DNA of 64,000 nucleotides from Octopus vulgaris (GCA_951406725.2 OX597817.1:124496001-124560000), one strand, 5' to 3'; numbered from the stretch's first letter, positions 13,323-26,977 are shown. Program-made: numbers and translations. The notes: generated by a model from the letters alone, not told the origin.

Positions 13323-14770
13323 GGAATGAGTGGTGTGTTAGAATTTCTTTAGCCTTGCAACAGAGCGTCCAGATAACTAACAAAAATATAGCTGAGATTA
13401 CTTGTGTAAAGTTGATGTTGCATCTACAGGCTTAGCTGCCAAGAGCGTGTCCTAGTTTCTGAGACATTTAGGTGACTGCCCACCGAATGGAATATCAGTA
13501 TTTCATAGGGTTAACTCCTATCTGCTACAGCTACTCATTATCAGATGAATGGCCTGCTGGAATGCGAAGTGAAATGTCATGCAAATGCCTCAAATGCACG
13601 TGACACCAACTGGTCCAGTCCAAGAATAGAACCTATTACCTGATAATTATGGGCCGAAAATTTTAACCTTTAGCTCTCATACCTTCAGGATTAAGTTATA
13701 TATATATTGACCATCTATAATTATTTAGCAAACACCAAGAAAATGCTGCAGAAATAAATGAATATGTGTTCTAAAATATCAACACAGCTACTATTTGGAG
13801 AACAATGAATTAGACAGAGTGAATAAGAATTATCCCAGAAGGGAAATGGTAGCAAGATATAGAAGACAATGAAGGAAGAAGTAGCCAGAGAAGAGGGAAA
13901 TGAAGTTGTGAGAGATGGAAATTGAAAATAAAGTAAGTAACATTTTCAATGTTGTCATTTGTTTAGCTTCAGGCCAGATCAGAGAAAAAAAAACAAAACA
14001 AAAAAAGTAAAAGACTTTCCAGCCATGACCATCATAACTACATTTTTTTTCAGACTATGTATCTATGTCTTTCTATTTTAATAAGATGATGGAGTGTATA
14101 AAATTAATTTGCTGTTATTTCTAGCAGGCTGAATGAGTGTGTAGAGGATCCTCTTCTTATTTGACTCTTTCCTGTGTTGTTGTTGTTGTTGCTGCTACTG
14201 TTGTTGTTGCTGATGTTGTTTTGCCCCAGGGTCAGTTATGGTGCAGCAAACTTACAATCAAAACCATTCCAACAGTGACCATTCCATTACCCCCATACAT
14301 AGTGCATCTCAGACTACATTATTCAGTGTCTCAACTTTTCATTTAGTATGGAATGAGAATGATTTAGCTGTAGCTTTTAGCAGATCAAGCAACCACATAA
14401 AGCACTCTCATTGTCTTGAACCTTTTGTGTGTTTTGAAATGATGAAGTCAGGTGTTTATAGTTGCATTGTCAAATGGAAGTAGATCTTTGGAAAGGATAA
14501 ATGTATGTTTTATAAGACACCAAACAGATTGTTAAAATGGCAGTTTTAACATTGTTAATGTACACAATATTCGTGAAAGCATGTCTTGAATGCAAAAATT
14601 TAAGGAATATTTAAAAATGCCTTTTATGTCAAGCATTTTGTGTTGCAATTTGATGGTGAAAAAGGCATTTGGTATTTTCTTTTTATGATAACTCTGGAAA
14701 GTAAATTATGAAGAACCTTAAGACAAAGGAAGGAAAAGAACTAACAACAACAACAATAATAATAATGATA

Positions 14771-15407
14771 GTGGTGAAATTACAAGTTGTGGCAACATGA
14801 TCAGGTAGAGAAAGTGCTACATTGGGAACAGTGTGCAAAGTGGGGGCTAGAGAGAGGCAAGATGTGGTATGAGCACCATCCGAAGAGAGTGGCAGAGTCA
14901 AAGACTAGCAAAATCCTCTGGGATTTCCCAATCCAAACAGATCAGGTGCAAGAGCATAACAGACCAGACCTAGTGGTGGTGGACAAGGTGCACCACATAT
15001 GCTATATATTTGATGTTGCAGTCTCCTTTGACCCACGAATAGTGTAGAAGGAAGGCAAAAAGATAGATAAATACAAGCCTCTTAACTACGAAATAGCCTA
15101 GCTATGGAAAAAGAAAAAGGTGAAGATAATGCCAATTATTGTTGGGTTCTTGGGAACAGTATCAGAAGGCATCAAAGGGAATATAAAGGAAATTGGAACA
15201 GAGTGCCCAGAAGAGCTGTTACAAGAGTTTTGCCTCCTTGGCATCGCCAGAATAATCAGGAAGGTATAAGATAACTACAAAGATCAGATAGCATGGTAAC
15301 GTAGGCTGCAGGTTGCAAGCCTGCAATGTATGCAAGACTTCAGGAGTTCCAACAAAACTGTGATAAAGAGAAATAACAACAACAACAACAATAATAATAA
15401 TAATAAC

Positions 15408-15451
<44 letters not shown>

Positions 15452-15452
15452 T
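14771..15452 (+). mobile_element. R4/Dong-type non-LTR retrotransposon 3' end (restriction-like endonuclease) with (AAC/AAT)n tail
   Basis: Translation gives QHDQVEKVLHW, KILWDFPIQTD, HNRPDLVVVDK, IFDVAV, KIDKY, PIIVGFLGTV and CLLGIARIIRKV, a PD-(D/E)xK RLE domain. (AAT)n repeats lie on both sides. Confidence 0.9.
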
Positions 15453-15464
15453 AATTCTCAAACT

Positions 15465-15676
15465 TCTATGAGCTGGTAGAAGCACTAGCAACACCAGGCA
15501 AAATGTTCAGCAGTATTCGTCAGTCTTTAAGTTCTGAGTTCAGATTCTCCCGAGGTCAATTTTTGTCTTTCATCCTTCAGGGTTGATAAAATAAGTACCA
15601 GTTGAACACCGAGGTGAATGTAATTGACTCACCCCCTTCCCCAAAATTGCTGCCCTGGTGGCAAAATTTGAAACCA

Positions 15677-15712
<36 letters not shown>
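15465..15712 (+). mobile_element. SINE family B variant with (ATT)n tail
   Basis: Family B head and core with a different 3' end. Confidence 0.8.
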
Positions 15713-15972
15713 GTTCTTTTCTTTCCTTTGTCTTAACATTCTTCATTATCTTTGTAGAAGTTGGAATTGATATGAGGGCAGAGCAGGGCCAAATAAATGA
15801 TGTATTATGCAGCTAGGATTTTGAGATTGGTGCTTGGGTGTTGACTATCTTCCCCGATCGACAACATCCACCTACCAAGTTTTATAATTTGCAGAAAGAG
15901 ACCCTGTCAGACCTCTGATGACAGGTTACTGTCTGCTGTCACAAAATCGACCAGAGCAATTAAGACGAAGTA

Positions 15973-15995
15973 GAATAATAATAATAATAATGATA

Positions 15996-16045
<50 letters not shown>

Positions 16046-16068
16046 AGTAATAATAATAATAATAACAA
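15973..16068 (+). repeat. (AAT)n-(GAT)n-(AAT)n microsatellite
   Basis: Direct reading. Confidence 0.95.
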
Positions 16069-16798
16069 CAAAAAATCCTTCCTACTCTAGGCACAAAACC
16101 TGAAATTGAAGGGGCAAGTTGATTGCATTGACCCAAGTATATGACTGGTACTTATTTTATTGATCCAGAAAAGATGAAAGGCTTTTGTATGAAGCCTATG
16201 TCACTTTAAACCATACATGTAACTCTTACTAAATGTATTGAGTGTTTTTTTAATTGTTTACTTACTCATGTATACACACACACACACATTTATTAGTAAA
16301 AGTATGTGCTTTAAAGAGACTAGAAAAAAGTTTTGTGTATGACTGTCAGTGAACGACAACAAATAAAATGAGATTTCTTATATAATTGATTTAAAAAAAA
16401 AGTGTTAAGTTATCCTTGATTGAAGCTCAAATTATTCTCTCTGTGTTGATGATTCTTTCACATTCTTCTCATATGTCTCTGGTATGGAAACCACTTAGAA
16501 TTGTACATGTGTTTCCTCTCATCATTATCATGTCGAAAATATCTTTACTATAATTGATTTTTCTTCTGACTACAATAGAACTTTTATCCAATAGCAAACT
16601 AAAAAATATCTTATTAATAAGACTATGAGAACATATTTCAGAATTAGATGTAGCTAGGTCATTAATACAGATATAACAATTATAGACAATAAGGAACAAA
16701 TACCAACAATTTTTTTTTCTTTTATTCTACATAGAGATGGTTTTAAAAAAACAATGTTCCTAGTAATTATTTGCTCAGCTCTGGTATATATTCTTTAC

Positions 16799-17034
16799 TA
16801 AGGTGGCGAGCTGGCAGAATCGTTAGCACGTCGGGCAAAATGCTTAGCGGTATTTTGTCTGCCGCTACATTCTGAGTTCAAATTCCGCTGAAGTCAACTT
16901 TGCCTTTCATCCTTTCGGGGTTAATTAAATAAGTACTAGTTATGCACTAGGGTCAATATAATCGACTTAATCCATTTGTCTGTTCTTGTTAGTCCCCTCT
17001 CTGTGTAGCCCCTTGTGGCCGGTAAAGAAATAGG
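16799..17034 (+). mobile_element. SINE family B, full length
   Basis: aaggtggcgagctggcagaatcgttagc head, gagttcaaattcc B box and ccccttgtgg...aaagaaatagg tail. Confidence 0.9.
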
Positions 17035-17309
17035 TATATATTTTTCTGGAAACAACTGAAAGTCATCATCATGATATTGTTTCATAGACAAAAATATATT
17101 TTATAATTCAAATTTCTTCAAAAAGAAATTTTCCTTTTACATAAAACCGTTAATTTTTTTACATGAGCTTAAAATCGTCAGTTGCAAAAAGAAAAGGTAT
17201 ATTCTAAAGTAATGAACAAAGTATACCTTCTACAAATCTCCTCAGTGTACAATTGATTCAGCTGCAAGAGATTTAAATGCTTTAAAATAACAATAACAAT
17301 AATAATAAT

Positions 17310-17634
17310 AAAGGGAAAGCAGAAGAAAAGTTGAATAACTATGGTGATTAGATGTGAGGAATATGCAGATTGTGGGAAATGAAGAGAGTGAACATGGTAC
17401 CAGTAGTAATTGGTGTGCTTGGAAGTATCAGCACTCAACTACCAGCATGGCACAAAAACATTGGTACAAATGTAACACCTGGAAAAAACATCATTGCTTG
17501 GAACTGTGAGAGTTCTACACAGGATTTTTGAATAACTGGACTATGGTGACAAGCGTCATCATAGTCTACTGATTGTAGACAGCTGACACTTTCCATCGTA
17601 CCCAGCAAAATTAGCTGAGAGATTTTGTCAAAAG

Positions 17635-17688
<54 letters not shown>

Positions 17689-17695
17689 GTAATAA
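17310..17695 (+). mobile_element. Second R4/Dong-type 3' end (different subfamily) in an (AAT)n tract
   Basis: Translation gives EEKLNNYGD, ICRLWEMKRVNMVPVVIGVLGSIS and LEKTSLLGTVRVLHRIFE*, followed by a short UTR and (AAT)n. Confidence 0.8.
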
Positions 17696-17899
17696 TTCCT
17701 TGTGACTGAAAATACTGGGTTGATGTGTAGCAGGGAATAGTCGCATCCAAACATTAAAATCTGTCTTTCTTTTCAGTTTCTTCTCGCTATCAAGTATAGA
17801 ATACTGGGTTAGTATCCAACACAGAATAGCTTACCTTAAATGTAAGGGTAGAGGGGTTCCTTTGGATCTGTTTAGACAAAGCTTCCCAGAGATGAGGTT

Positions 17900-18836
17900 G
17901 CAAGCAAAATATTAGTGGTTGTGCAATCATTGATATCTTGACCTCTGGCGAGGAGTGCTTTAATGCGGGATTTAAAAATGTAGACAGAAGGAAACTTAGT
18001 GAATAAGTTAGGAAGGTTAATGACGTTGCTGGTCATATTAGGACTGAAAACATCACAGACATCAACAATATGATAAATGCAATTTTGATCTTTATAGCTC
18101 AGAAGTTAAGCTTTAGAGCCACTGGTAAGTGATAAGATATCTAGAAGGAACTATGGTAGAAAATGAGGATAAAGCAGTCCATCATTGAGATCAGAAAACA
18201 TCAATATCCTAGAAAGGAAAAAAAAATTGATGAATTTTGGAAGAAAGAGTAGTATGTTGAGTTGGAGAAGTATGGGGTGAAGAAAAGGGAATCAATGTTG
18301 TAATTGAGGAATTGGAAGATAGACTGAAGAAATACAGAGAATTTAGCAGTACAGTTTAAATGGACATTTTGATCAAGCGAGTTTATCAGAAACTAAATGG
18401 AAAAGAAAAAGTTTAAAATGATGTGCCAAATGCTGAGGAGAGCAAAAGATTCTGGTCGAACATATGGCCTTAGAAAACAACAGCACAAAACTGAAGTGAA
18501 GGGATTATGGGCACTCAAGCAGGAGAAAGAGTGTATCAGTAGGAGTATTTGAGAATTATTGAATAAATGGCTGGAGATCAGAACAAGGAATTACCTAACT
18601 GGATTGCATATGAACTAGATGGGATTCAGGGTTATTGGCTTAAGAACTTAACAGTACTACACAAAAGAATTTTGAGACAGATGGACAAAATGATGAGTAA
18701 TGTGATCCAGGTGCCAGTCTGGATGACAAAAGGTAGAATGGTATTGTGTCAAAAGGATCCAAATAAAGGAAATGTGGTAGGAAATTTTCAACTAATATTT
18801 TTTTGCCACTTATGTGGAAATTGATGACAAGCAGCA
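17900..18836 (+). mobile_element. R4/Dong-type ORF internal fragment (region before RT plus RT motifs 0-2)
   Basis: Translation gives FKNVDRRKL, IRTENITDINNMINA, DGIQGYWLKNLTVLHKRI and PVWMTKGRMVLCQKDPNKGNVVGNF, then cacttatgtggaaattgatg (PLMWKLM). Confidence 0.85.
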
Positions 18837-18994
18837 TTTACAACTATATGGATTTTGAACTATATCTTGGGACATAGTAGAAGATACTTGTCCAAGGTGC
18901 CACACAGTAGGACTGAACCTGAAACCATGTTGTGGGGAAGCAAACTACTTAAACATACTGCCATGTCTGCACCTGTATGTATATCATGCATATA

Positions 18995-19425
18995 CTTACT
19001 CTTTTACTCTTTTAGTTGTTTCAGTCATTTGACTGTGGCCATGCTGGAGCACCGCCTTTAGTTGAGCAAATCAACCCCAGGACTTATTTTTTGTAAGCTT
19101 AGTACTTATTCTATTGGTCTCTTTTACTGAACCGCTAAGTTACAGGGACGTAAACACACCAGCATCGGTTGTCAAGCGATGTTGAGGGACAAACACAGAT
19201 GCATAAACATATACACACACATACAAATATATATATATATATATACATACATACATATATACGATGGGCTTCTTTCAGTTTCTGTCTACCAAATCCACTC
19301 ACAAGGCTTTGGTCAGCCCGAGGTGATAGTAGAAAACACTTGCTCAAGATGCCACTCAGTGGGACTGAACCCGGAACCATGTGGTTGGTAAGCAAGCTAC
19401 TTGCCACACAGCCACTCCTACGCCT
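18995..19425 (-). mobile_element. SINE family A (older head fragment at about 18870-18975)
   Basis: Matches other family A copies. Confidence 0.92.
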
Positions 19426-22017
19426 ATAGCCACTCCTACACCTTGGTGGCAAGAAATTTGATCCAAAATGGTTTGATACAGAGAGAGAGGGTTGTTAAAT
19501 GTGACTTAACAAATTTCAGAAATATGATGGAAAACATATTCTGTTAACTATCAAAAAGAATGATGGTAGGAATGATTGTGTTTCTTTGGGCTTGTGATGA
19601 AATGGACAATGACTGCAGCATGAATAATCCTGGGTACCAAATCTAGATGGTTCTTTTGGAACACAGAAAATATGCAGCTTCAAATGAAGTCAAACAAGAG
19701 AATCCTTTGTGAATGAAGGAATGACACAGTAGTGATTTCCCTTACTGTAAGCATATCCAATTATTGTCAGTATTCAAAAACGATTAAGATAGTTGCATTG
19801 GTGGTGATCATTGTCATCATCGTGTATTTACATTGTGCCTTTATGTATGTGTGTGTGTGTTTACATGATATAAACATGACTCTCCCCAGAGTATGGCAAT
19901 AAAAATCTGTATCTGTGATTAAACATAACTATAAAGCTTACATTCATTGAAATAAACTGATTGTGCTTTACACGATGGAAATTATCTATCATTAAGTACA
20001 CATCCTTATAAATTATTGCTGATTTGTCAACTTTGATTTGTCAAAATATTTTCACAAAAAGCCCAGCACACAACCCCAAGTTAGTGTTTCACTGAGAATT
20101 GTATCTTATCTTAGTCTTTCAATCAATATGACTTGCTAAAACAGTAAAACTAATGTTCAGCTTTATACCTTTTCTTTTTCTATCCTATTGTAGAATAGCA
20201 GATATTTAAAAAAGCAAAACGTATAAAGGAAAGGAAGTTATCTATGTCTGTGGCAAATATAGTTTCTCAACATACTGTCTCATTGAGGAAAAAAAAAAAT
20301 CATCTTCAAACTCATACATTTTCCAAAAAGAAATATTAACGCCATTGTGTTTCCATTGTTGTCATTTTTTTTTTTAAACACTCAACGAACAGTATTATGC
20401 CTTGCTGTTACAAAGCTTGCATCACATTATCCATTCTGCACTGATGCACAGATTCTCTGGCTTGCCAATTAAACTTTCTGCATGAAAAAATCTTCCAGTA
20501 TTAATGTTACCTACCGAATATAACTTACCAAAGCTACAATCTCTCACCGCTTGCCTGATGGAATGGAATTATATCTAATAAAATCCCCAATGATGGAATG
20601 TGGAGATGAGGGGGTTGGTTGGAGGAACATGGGGGAAACTATAAACAGCAACAACAATAAAAATAAAAATAAGAAGAATAGAAATAACAACTATGGTTAA
20701 TTTGGTGCCTGCTTCAAAGACCTTATGTTGTAAAATAAAACCAAAAAAGACAAAAAGTCATATAACAATGCTTTGTGAAGCTTTTAACATTGTTAAAATA
20801 TAAAATAAATAAAGAAAAAATATTAAAATAACACTGAATAAGCAATTTAGCAAGAAATATGTATGGCTATATACTTTTGTGGATATGATACCCATTTCAA
20901 AGTAAACCAGATCGTAATGGGTTCATTCTTGTCCATCTGTGGAATCCTGATGAAATTTTCTGTTTTTTTCCTTTTTAACACACACTTTATGGGCACTGAA
21001 GAAGCAACCAATTCAATTCAATTTTATTGTCACTGTATACAAATGCAATGATAAATCATTGCATAATACTAATATACTCAAGTGATTTAGAAAATCAAAC
21101 CACTATACCATGTATGTATATGTGCTATGTGCTTAACAGTTCATATAAATTGATGCTCTCAGAGTCTTGGCTCACTTGTTGAATATTCGAATAACACTAA
21201 CACAACAAATTTCTTTTGGTTATGTCATTTCTGCATTTTTATATTATTTTTTTATCTTTAGCTTTTGGTTTTATGCTTCAATTTCAAGCTATTTTTCTTT
21301 TTTCTTTTTTCTTTATACTCTTCTAGATAACAAATAGAAGACTTTTCTTTTTGTCTCCTATTTCAGTTTTAAAATAAGAAAATAATGTTAATTCAAAATA
21401 AGCAATTTCCTTAAAAGTTTGTGTTTCAACAATTCATTGGAATTCTTTCTCGTTTCTTTTTGGTTTTTTATTATTTCCAATTGATTTTTTCTCATATCAT
21501 AATCATCATAATCATAATCATAACTATAAAAAACAAACAAAAGAAAGCAAATATACCGTTGGTAATATCACCATCAGTTATAATAATTTTTGTAATAATT
21601 ATAATTATTGCTGTCATTTTAATCTTTCCTATTTTATCAAGCCAATAGAGGAGCTCCTATATGTTTACTCAGCCTGCAAGAAATAGCAGCCAAAGGCATC
21701 TTAAATTACACCCAAATGTCTTTAAAAAGAAGGCACATATAAGATATTCCTAAGACGATCAAATAGTTATAGTTGAACAGATCTTTGATCTTAGGTATAC
21801 TCAATCAGATCTTACTCAGTGCTGATCACCTGGTACAACAATAATAATAGTGTCTTACCTAAATTATTTAGCTATTTATTGCTTTCATTTAGCAGTTCCT
21901 GGTGATGGCATACAAATTAAGAAAAAAGAAAAAAAGACAGAAAAGAATCACTAGCAACTGATTGCTAATATTTTAATGACTGGAGTTAACAATTAATGAA
22001 TTTAGAGTTGCAAGAAA

Positions 22018-22262
22018 AATAATAGTTAAGGTAGTGTTAACATTTTAATGCAGCAAACGCTAAAAAGTTAACTAGAAAAATTTATGCAGTGAGGTAAAAC
22101 AGACTAATATTATTTTGATTTTATTAGTCATTAAATTAAAATTAAAATGATATTAGTAATTGACTAAAACTAATTTTTTTCCTCATTGCATAATTCTTTC
22201 TAGTTAGTTTCTTTTAATATTTCCTGCATTAAATTCGTTAACAGTGGCTTAGCTATTAATAA
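22018..22262. repeat. Imperfect AT-rich palindrome (foldback/MITE-like)
   Basis: aatagttaag..tgttaac..ttaatgcag..aactagaaa..ttatgcagtgagg is mirrored by cctcattgcataa..tttctagtta..ctgcattaa..gttaaca..cttagctatt. Confidence 0.75.
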
Positions 22263-23484
22263 TTAAAAGATAAGAAGTTGAATAGCATCAATATGTAATT
22301 AATTAAATCAGAAATTATTGTCATTAATTTTTATAGAATTGATTGTGTGTTAACAATCCTATTGATTAAGTGCATTAAGTGTATTGCTTTAATTCATAAA
22401 TCAATAATGGAACATATATGCCCTTCTTTAGCCTATTAGCAATAAATCAATGCTAAAATTATACAGTATATAAACACTTTGACACTTACTAAAATCTGTT
22501 GAAACTCACATCAAGTAAATGAGAAATATTGGTACAGATCAACTTTTCCATGAAAAGAGGGATTATTTATGAAATAGGAACAATATAATAATGAAATATT
22601 ATCTTGGAATTGACTAGCATGTCCAAAGATGGAACATTAGATTTATGCACATTGATTGACAGAAAATAGAATTTTCTCTTTCTCAGCTCCCACAAGTGAT
22701 GATCCACAAGCTAGGATTATGTTATCATCTAGCATACCCTTACTTCTTCTCTTTCAGTTTGTAAGGTGTGATTGTTGGTGATTTAGCTATTATTTTAGTA
22801 AACTGAGTGACCCCATAGAAGATTCTTCATCAGCTCATTTCAGAGGTGTTATTTTATATTCAAGTAACGATAACATAAACTATAACCTCAGGAACTTAAC
22901 CAGAGGGATGAGCCAACAAAAGGGACACTATTTGGTTAAAATATCAGCCAAAGAACAACTCAGATTACATTTTACTCTCTTATGTGTTCTTCTAATAGAA
23001 GAATACATTGCATGGAGTAGTCCTGGATGTACAAAAGTGCAGGTTAATTAAGGTTGGAAAGTCAGTGTTCATTGACACGATTACTTAGGGCTGACTAACA
23101 CTAAACAATATCTCAAACAGACTGTGGTATGACTAATTTAGTAAATGTGGGATACAATACATGATATAATGCTAATATAAAGCTGCAGTCTTTTAGGAAG
23201 ACAAATGTAAAGTTTGTTGGGGTTTTTTATCGCTTAGTCAGTGCCTATGTCCCTTTACAGGACCTCCAAGACTATAAGGAAGAAGAGACTTGACCAAATC
23301 CTTGCAACAGAGTGTACCCAGAAAAGGCTCATGAGGAACTAGGTCATGTTAAACTGGGTGATGGATTAAGTCTATCAAACAAGTAGGCCATTGCAAGATT
23401 TGAATTCATAGCATTAAGAATAGGAAGAAATACCACATGTGCTGCTCAAATGTCAAATCATTATGCCAGTCTACTGTCTGATAC

Positions 23485-23800
23485 AAGTACTCCATCAGTT
23501 ATGATGCCAAAGGCTCCAGTTGGTCCAATCAATAGAACAGCCTACTTGTGAAATTAACATGCAAGTGGCTGAGCACTTCACAGACACATGTCCCCTTAGC
23601 ACAGTTCTCAGGGAGATACTGCATGACACAGAATGCAACGAGGCTGGCCCTCTGAATTCACAGTATTGCTAATTTTTTCCAGCTGTGTGAACTGGAGCAA
23701 TGTGAAATTAAAGTGTCTTGCTCAAGGACAAAACATGCCAACGGTTTTTGAACTCATTATCTTATGATCACGAGCTAAATGCCCTTAACCACTAACTGCC
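23485..23800 (-). mobile_element. Older SINE (head type 2 plus tail Y)
   Basis: Tail is shared with 28275-28460 (gtgaaattaacatg.aagtggctgagcact.cacagacac) and head is shared with 32200-32320 (aagtgtcttgctcaag.aca). Confidence 0.75.
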
Positions 23801-24224
23801 CAAGACTGGTACTTAAATAAAGTAATGAAGGATGAAAGGAAAAATTGATCTTGGCCAGAATTTTACTCAAAATGTAGAGAACCAGAATAAACACTGCAAA
23901 ACATTTGGTCTAATACTCTAATGACACTACCAGTTCTACTGCTGCTGTTGTTGTTTTGTTTAGCTTCAGGTCAGCTTTCTGACTGAGCAGATCTATAATC
24001 AAAGCTGTACAAGCCACAAGCATTATGAAATCTTATTTCAGATACAATGTATATAGAGCTATATCATCATCATTTCATGTCCATCTTCCATACTGTCATG
24101 GGTTGGATGTTTGGATAGGATTTAACTCACTAGAAGGCTGGGGTGAGCGTCAGTGCTTGCTTTGGTATAGTTTCTATAACTGATACCCTTCCTAATTGCC
24201 AACAACCATACAGCAAAGAATGAA

Positions 24225-24622
24225 TAAAGATGTAACTTTCATCAATAAATATCTTCCACAACTCACTATGAACACATAACTTAATACAGAACACTACTAA
24301 CCTTTCAATTAATACCACCCTTACATCCCATACATCATTCACATTATATAGATCTACACTATATCTACACTAATTGCACCAAATCCAGAACTACTTACCT
24401 CCCTTACACATAAACTTTTTACTCAGGGACTAGTAGATCCGACACCATTCGGTAATCGGTATGTATTCAAAGCAGTGATCAGTAATTTTACGAAACTGGT
24501 ATGCTTTTGAATCTCTTTAACAATTCACAATGATGACTTTTATTACTTTTATTCCTACCTCAGGTCATCTGATTGTATATCTATCTATCATTACTTTTCA
24601 TAAAAAGCCTTTACTTTTTAAA
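24225..24622 (+). mobile_element. Penelope-like pLTR fragment
   Basis: Begins with an ORF tail FINKYLPQL resembling the FIxKxxPxLN end seen in the other two Penelope fragments, and contains a hammerhead motif. Confidence 0.55.
24465..24512 (+). ncRNA. Type I minimal hammerhead ribozyme, G3:C8 core variant
   Basis: AUUC-AAAGCA GUGAUCA GUA-AUUU-UAC GAAA CUGG UA / UGCUUU-U-GAAU: helix I, core box, helix II, GAAA, short helix III and a GUA site. Predicted cleavage is after 24501. Confidence 0.75.
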
Positions 24623-24626
24623 TTTC

Positions 24627-24685
<59 letters not shown>

Positions 24686-24688
<3 letters not shown>

Positions 24689-24946
24689 GGCATTTGTGCC
24701 AGTGGCACATAAAAAGCACCAACTGATCATGGCCGCTGCCAGCCTCCCCTGGAACCTGTGCCGGTGGCATGTAAATAGCATCCACTACACTCATGGAGTG
24801 GTTGGCATTAGGAAGGGCATCCAGCTGTAGAAACACTGCCAAATCAGACTGGAGTCTGGTGCAGCCTCCTGGCTTCCCAGACCCTGGTTGAACCGTCCAA
24901 CCCATGCTAGCATGGAAAACGGACGTTAAACGATGATGATGATGAT
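24686..24946 (+). mobile_element. RTE 3'-tail repeat with (GAT)n (other copies at about 31022-31422 +, 34140-34405 +, 35735-36000 -, 41342-41545 -, 44660-44748 +, 45535-45877 -, 24065-24210 -)
   Basis: ggcattaggaagggcatccagc...ccaacccatgc.agcatgga.aacggacgttaaa(tga)n matches the end of the RTE at 697-2175. Confidence 0.9.
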
Positions 24947-25639
24947 GTATATATATATATAAATAGCAGCATATGTACACACTTGTTCTCACCTTATAGT
25001 TGGTATATATCTAAATTTTGTACAACTTTTACCCTATCTTTTAGTCTCCTTCTCACTTTCTTCCTTTTGTCTTTTTCTTGGTCCCCCTCTCTCTGACATT
25101 TCTTGGCCCTTTCTTTCTTTAACTCCTACAATTTCCCCTCGTTTATCTCCCTTGTACCTTTCTCTTTGTCTCTGCATTTTTCTAATCCTTCAATCCCACT
25201 GTCCTTTACCTATCTTTCCCTCTTCCACATGACGGGGGTCCAGCCAGCCATGATCTTTCTTTCTTGGCCTGACTGTTGACCGCCAACACCTCTTATGTCC
25301 ATCTCCTATGTTCCTGCTTTTAGGCTTTCGCTTCATACATGCCAGCATCTTAATTCTCATCAGTGGCTCTTACCATGCCTAGGGTAAAACTCAACTCACT
25401 TTGTCAGCTTATATGAAATGTGATCAACTCATATATTGATTTCAAAAATAGTAAAAGTGAAAACTACAAATAATATGGGGGGCTTATTACCAATTTAACA
25501 ACCAGAAGGCAAGGTTATAGACATCCCTAAGGTGACAAAGGGTACTAAGTAGTATCAGCATTGCTAGAAATAAGAGTCAAAACGCCACAATCACCACAGA
25601 AGCACTATCCTAATGGCTAACAAGGGAGACAAGTATACG

Positions 25640-25859
25640 TATGTTTATGTCTGTGTTTGTGCTTTTTCTCCCACTTTCGCTTGACAACCGATGTTGGTGT
25701 GTTTCTATCCCTGTAACTTGGCAGTTCAGCAAAAGAGATCAATAGAATAAGTACTAGGCTTACAAAGAATAAGTCCTGGGGTTGATTTAATTGATTAAAA
25801 CTTTTTAAGATGGTGCTCCAGCATGGCCTCAGTCAAATGACTGAAACAAGTAAAAGAAT
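25640..25859 (+). mobile_element. SINE family A, 3' half
   Basis: Matches the family A tail. Confidence 0.85.
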
Positions 25860-26814
25860 ATATGGTCATATCTGTGTCTACATAAGTCTTTTTGTTTAAC
25901 CAACATATTTTACAATTGTTAATGTTTGTGCTAGTAATTTATATTAATCTATGATTATATGCTAAAACCAGCAAATAACCATTTGCATATTTAGGTTAAT
26001 TATGCATTTGTTATCAAATTTTGACTGATTCTATGATGCACAGTCTTTTAAAATATTCAAGTATATTTTGTAGATGAAATTATTGTTAAATTAGAATTCA
26101 GGTACCAATTAAACGAAAAAGTTATTTTCCTAAACTTTTCTTCAAATTCTTGATTATTTTCAAATTTTTATTTGAAATTCATAAGCATTGTATAGAAATA
26201 TGATTGAAAAATATTCTAAGATTTGAATTCTTGAGATCTTTTCCATAACATGTGCAAAAAAACTATTGCAATAATACTTATTTAATTAAATTGTTATGAA
26301 CCCCTTCACTGTCACCATCCACCTTAACACTTTGGGGACCATATTTCTAAAGAAATACACAGTTAATAATTTTTTAAATTAATTTTGAAACTAATTAAGA
26401 AGTTAGCACAATTTAGTGAAAACAGCTAACTTCTATAATTATGATAATGTATTTATCCATTCTTAATAAGTTCTGGCAAATTGAAACATATAACTGATTG
26501 CTTTATTTATAATCATAGGAGAACAGCTCTTCCCTTGCTATCATGTGTGTTTGTATCACATGTGATTCCCTTTGTGTTACTATGGTGTTTTGATCTCATT
26601 GTGTATCTTCTCAGTCAAAGCTAAGATAGAGGACTGATGAATCAGACAAGAGAACAAGCTCTTGTTTATAGAAATCAGCATGTAAACTATCTGTGATGTC
26701 TGCCAAATAGATAATGATTCATGGGGTGCATGCAGAATTGAGAACTTGCACACTACTTCTTTTGTTCATTCTTAAAATGTTCTGGCAAATTCAAACTATG
26801 AATATCTGGCATAT

Positions 26815-26975
26815 GCACCGTTGTGTGGTTAAAAGTTTGCTTCCCAACCACATGGTTCCAGATTCAGTTTCACTGCATCGCATACTGAACAAGCGTCTTT
26901 TACTATAGCCTCAGGCTGACCAATGCCTTGTGAGTGGATCTGGTAGATGAAAGATAAAAGAAGATTGTCCTGTGT
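26815..26975 (+). mobile_element. SINE family A, 5' half (3' half resumes at about 28708-28840)
   Basis: Diverged head running up to the internal microsatellite. Confidence 0.8.
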
Positions 26976-26977
26976 GT

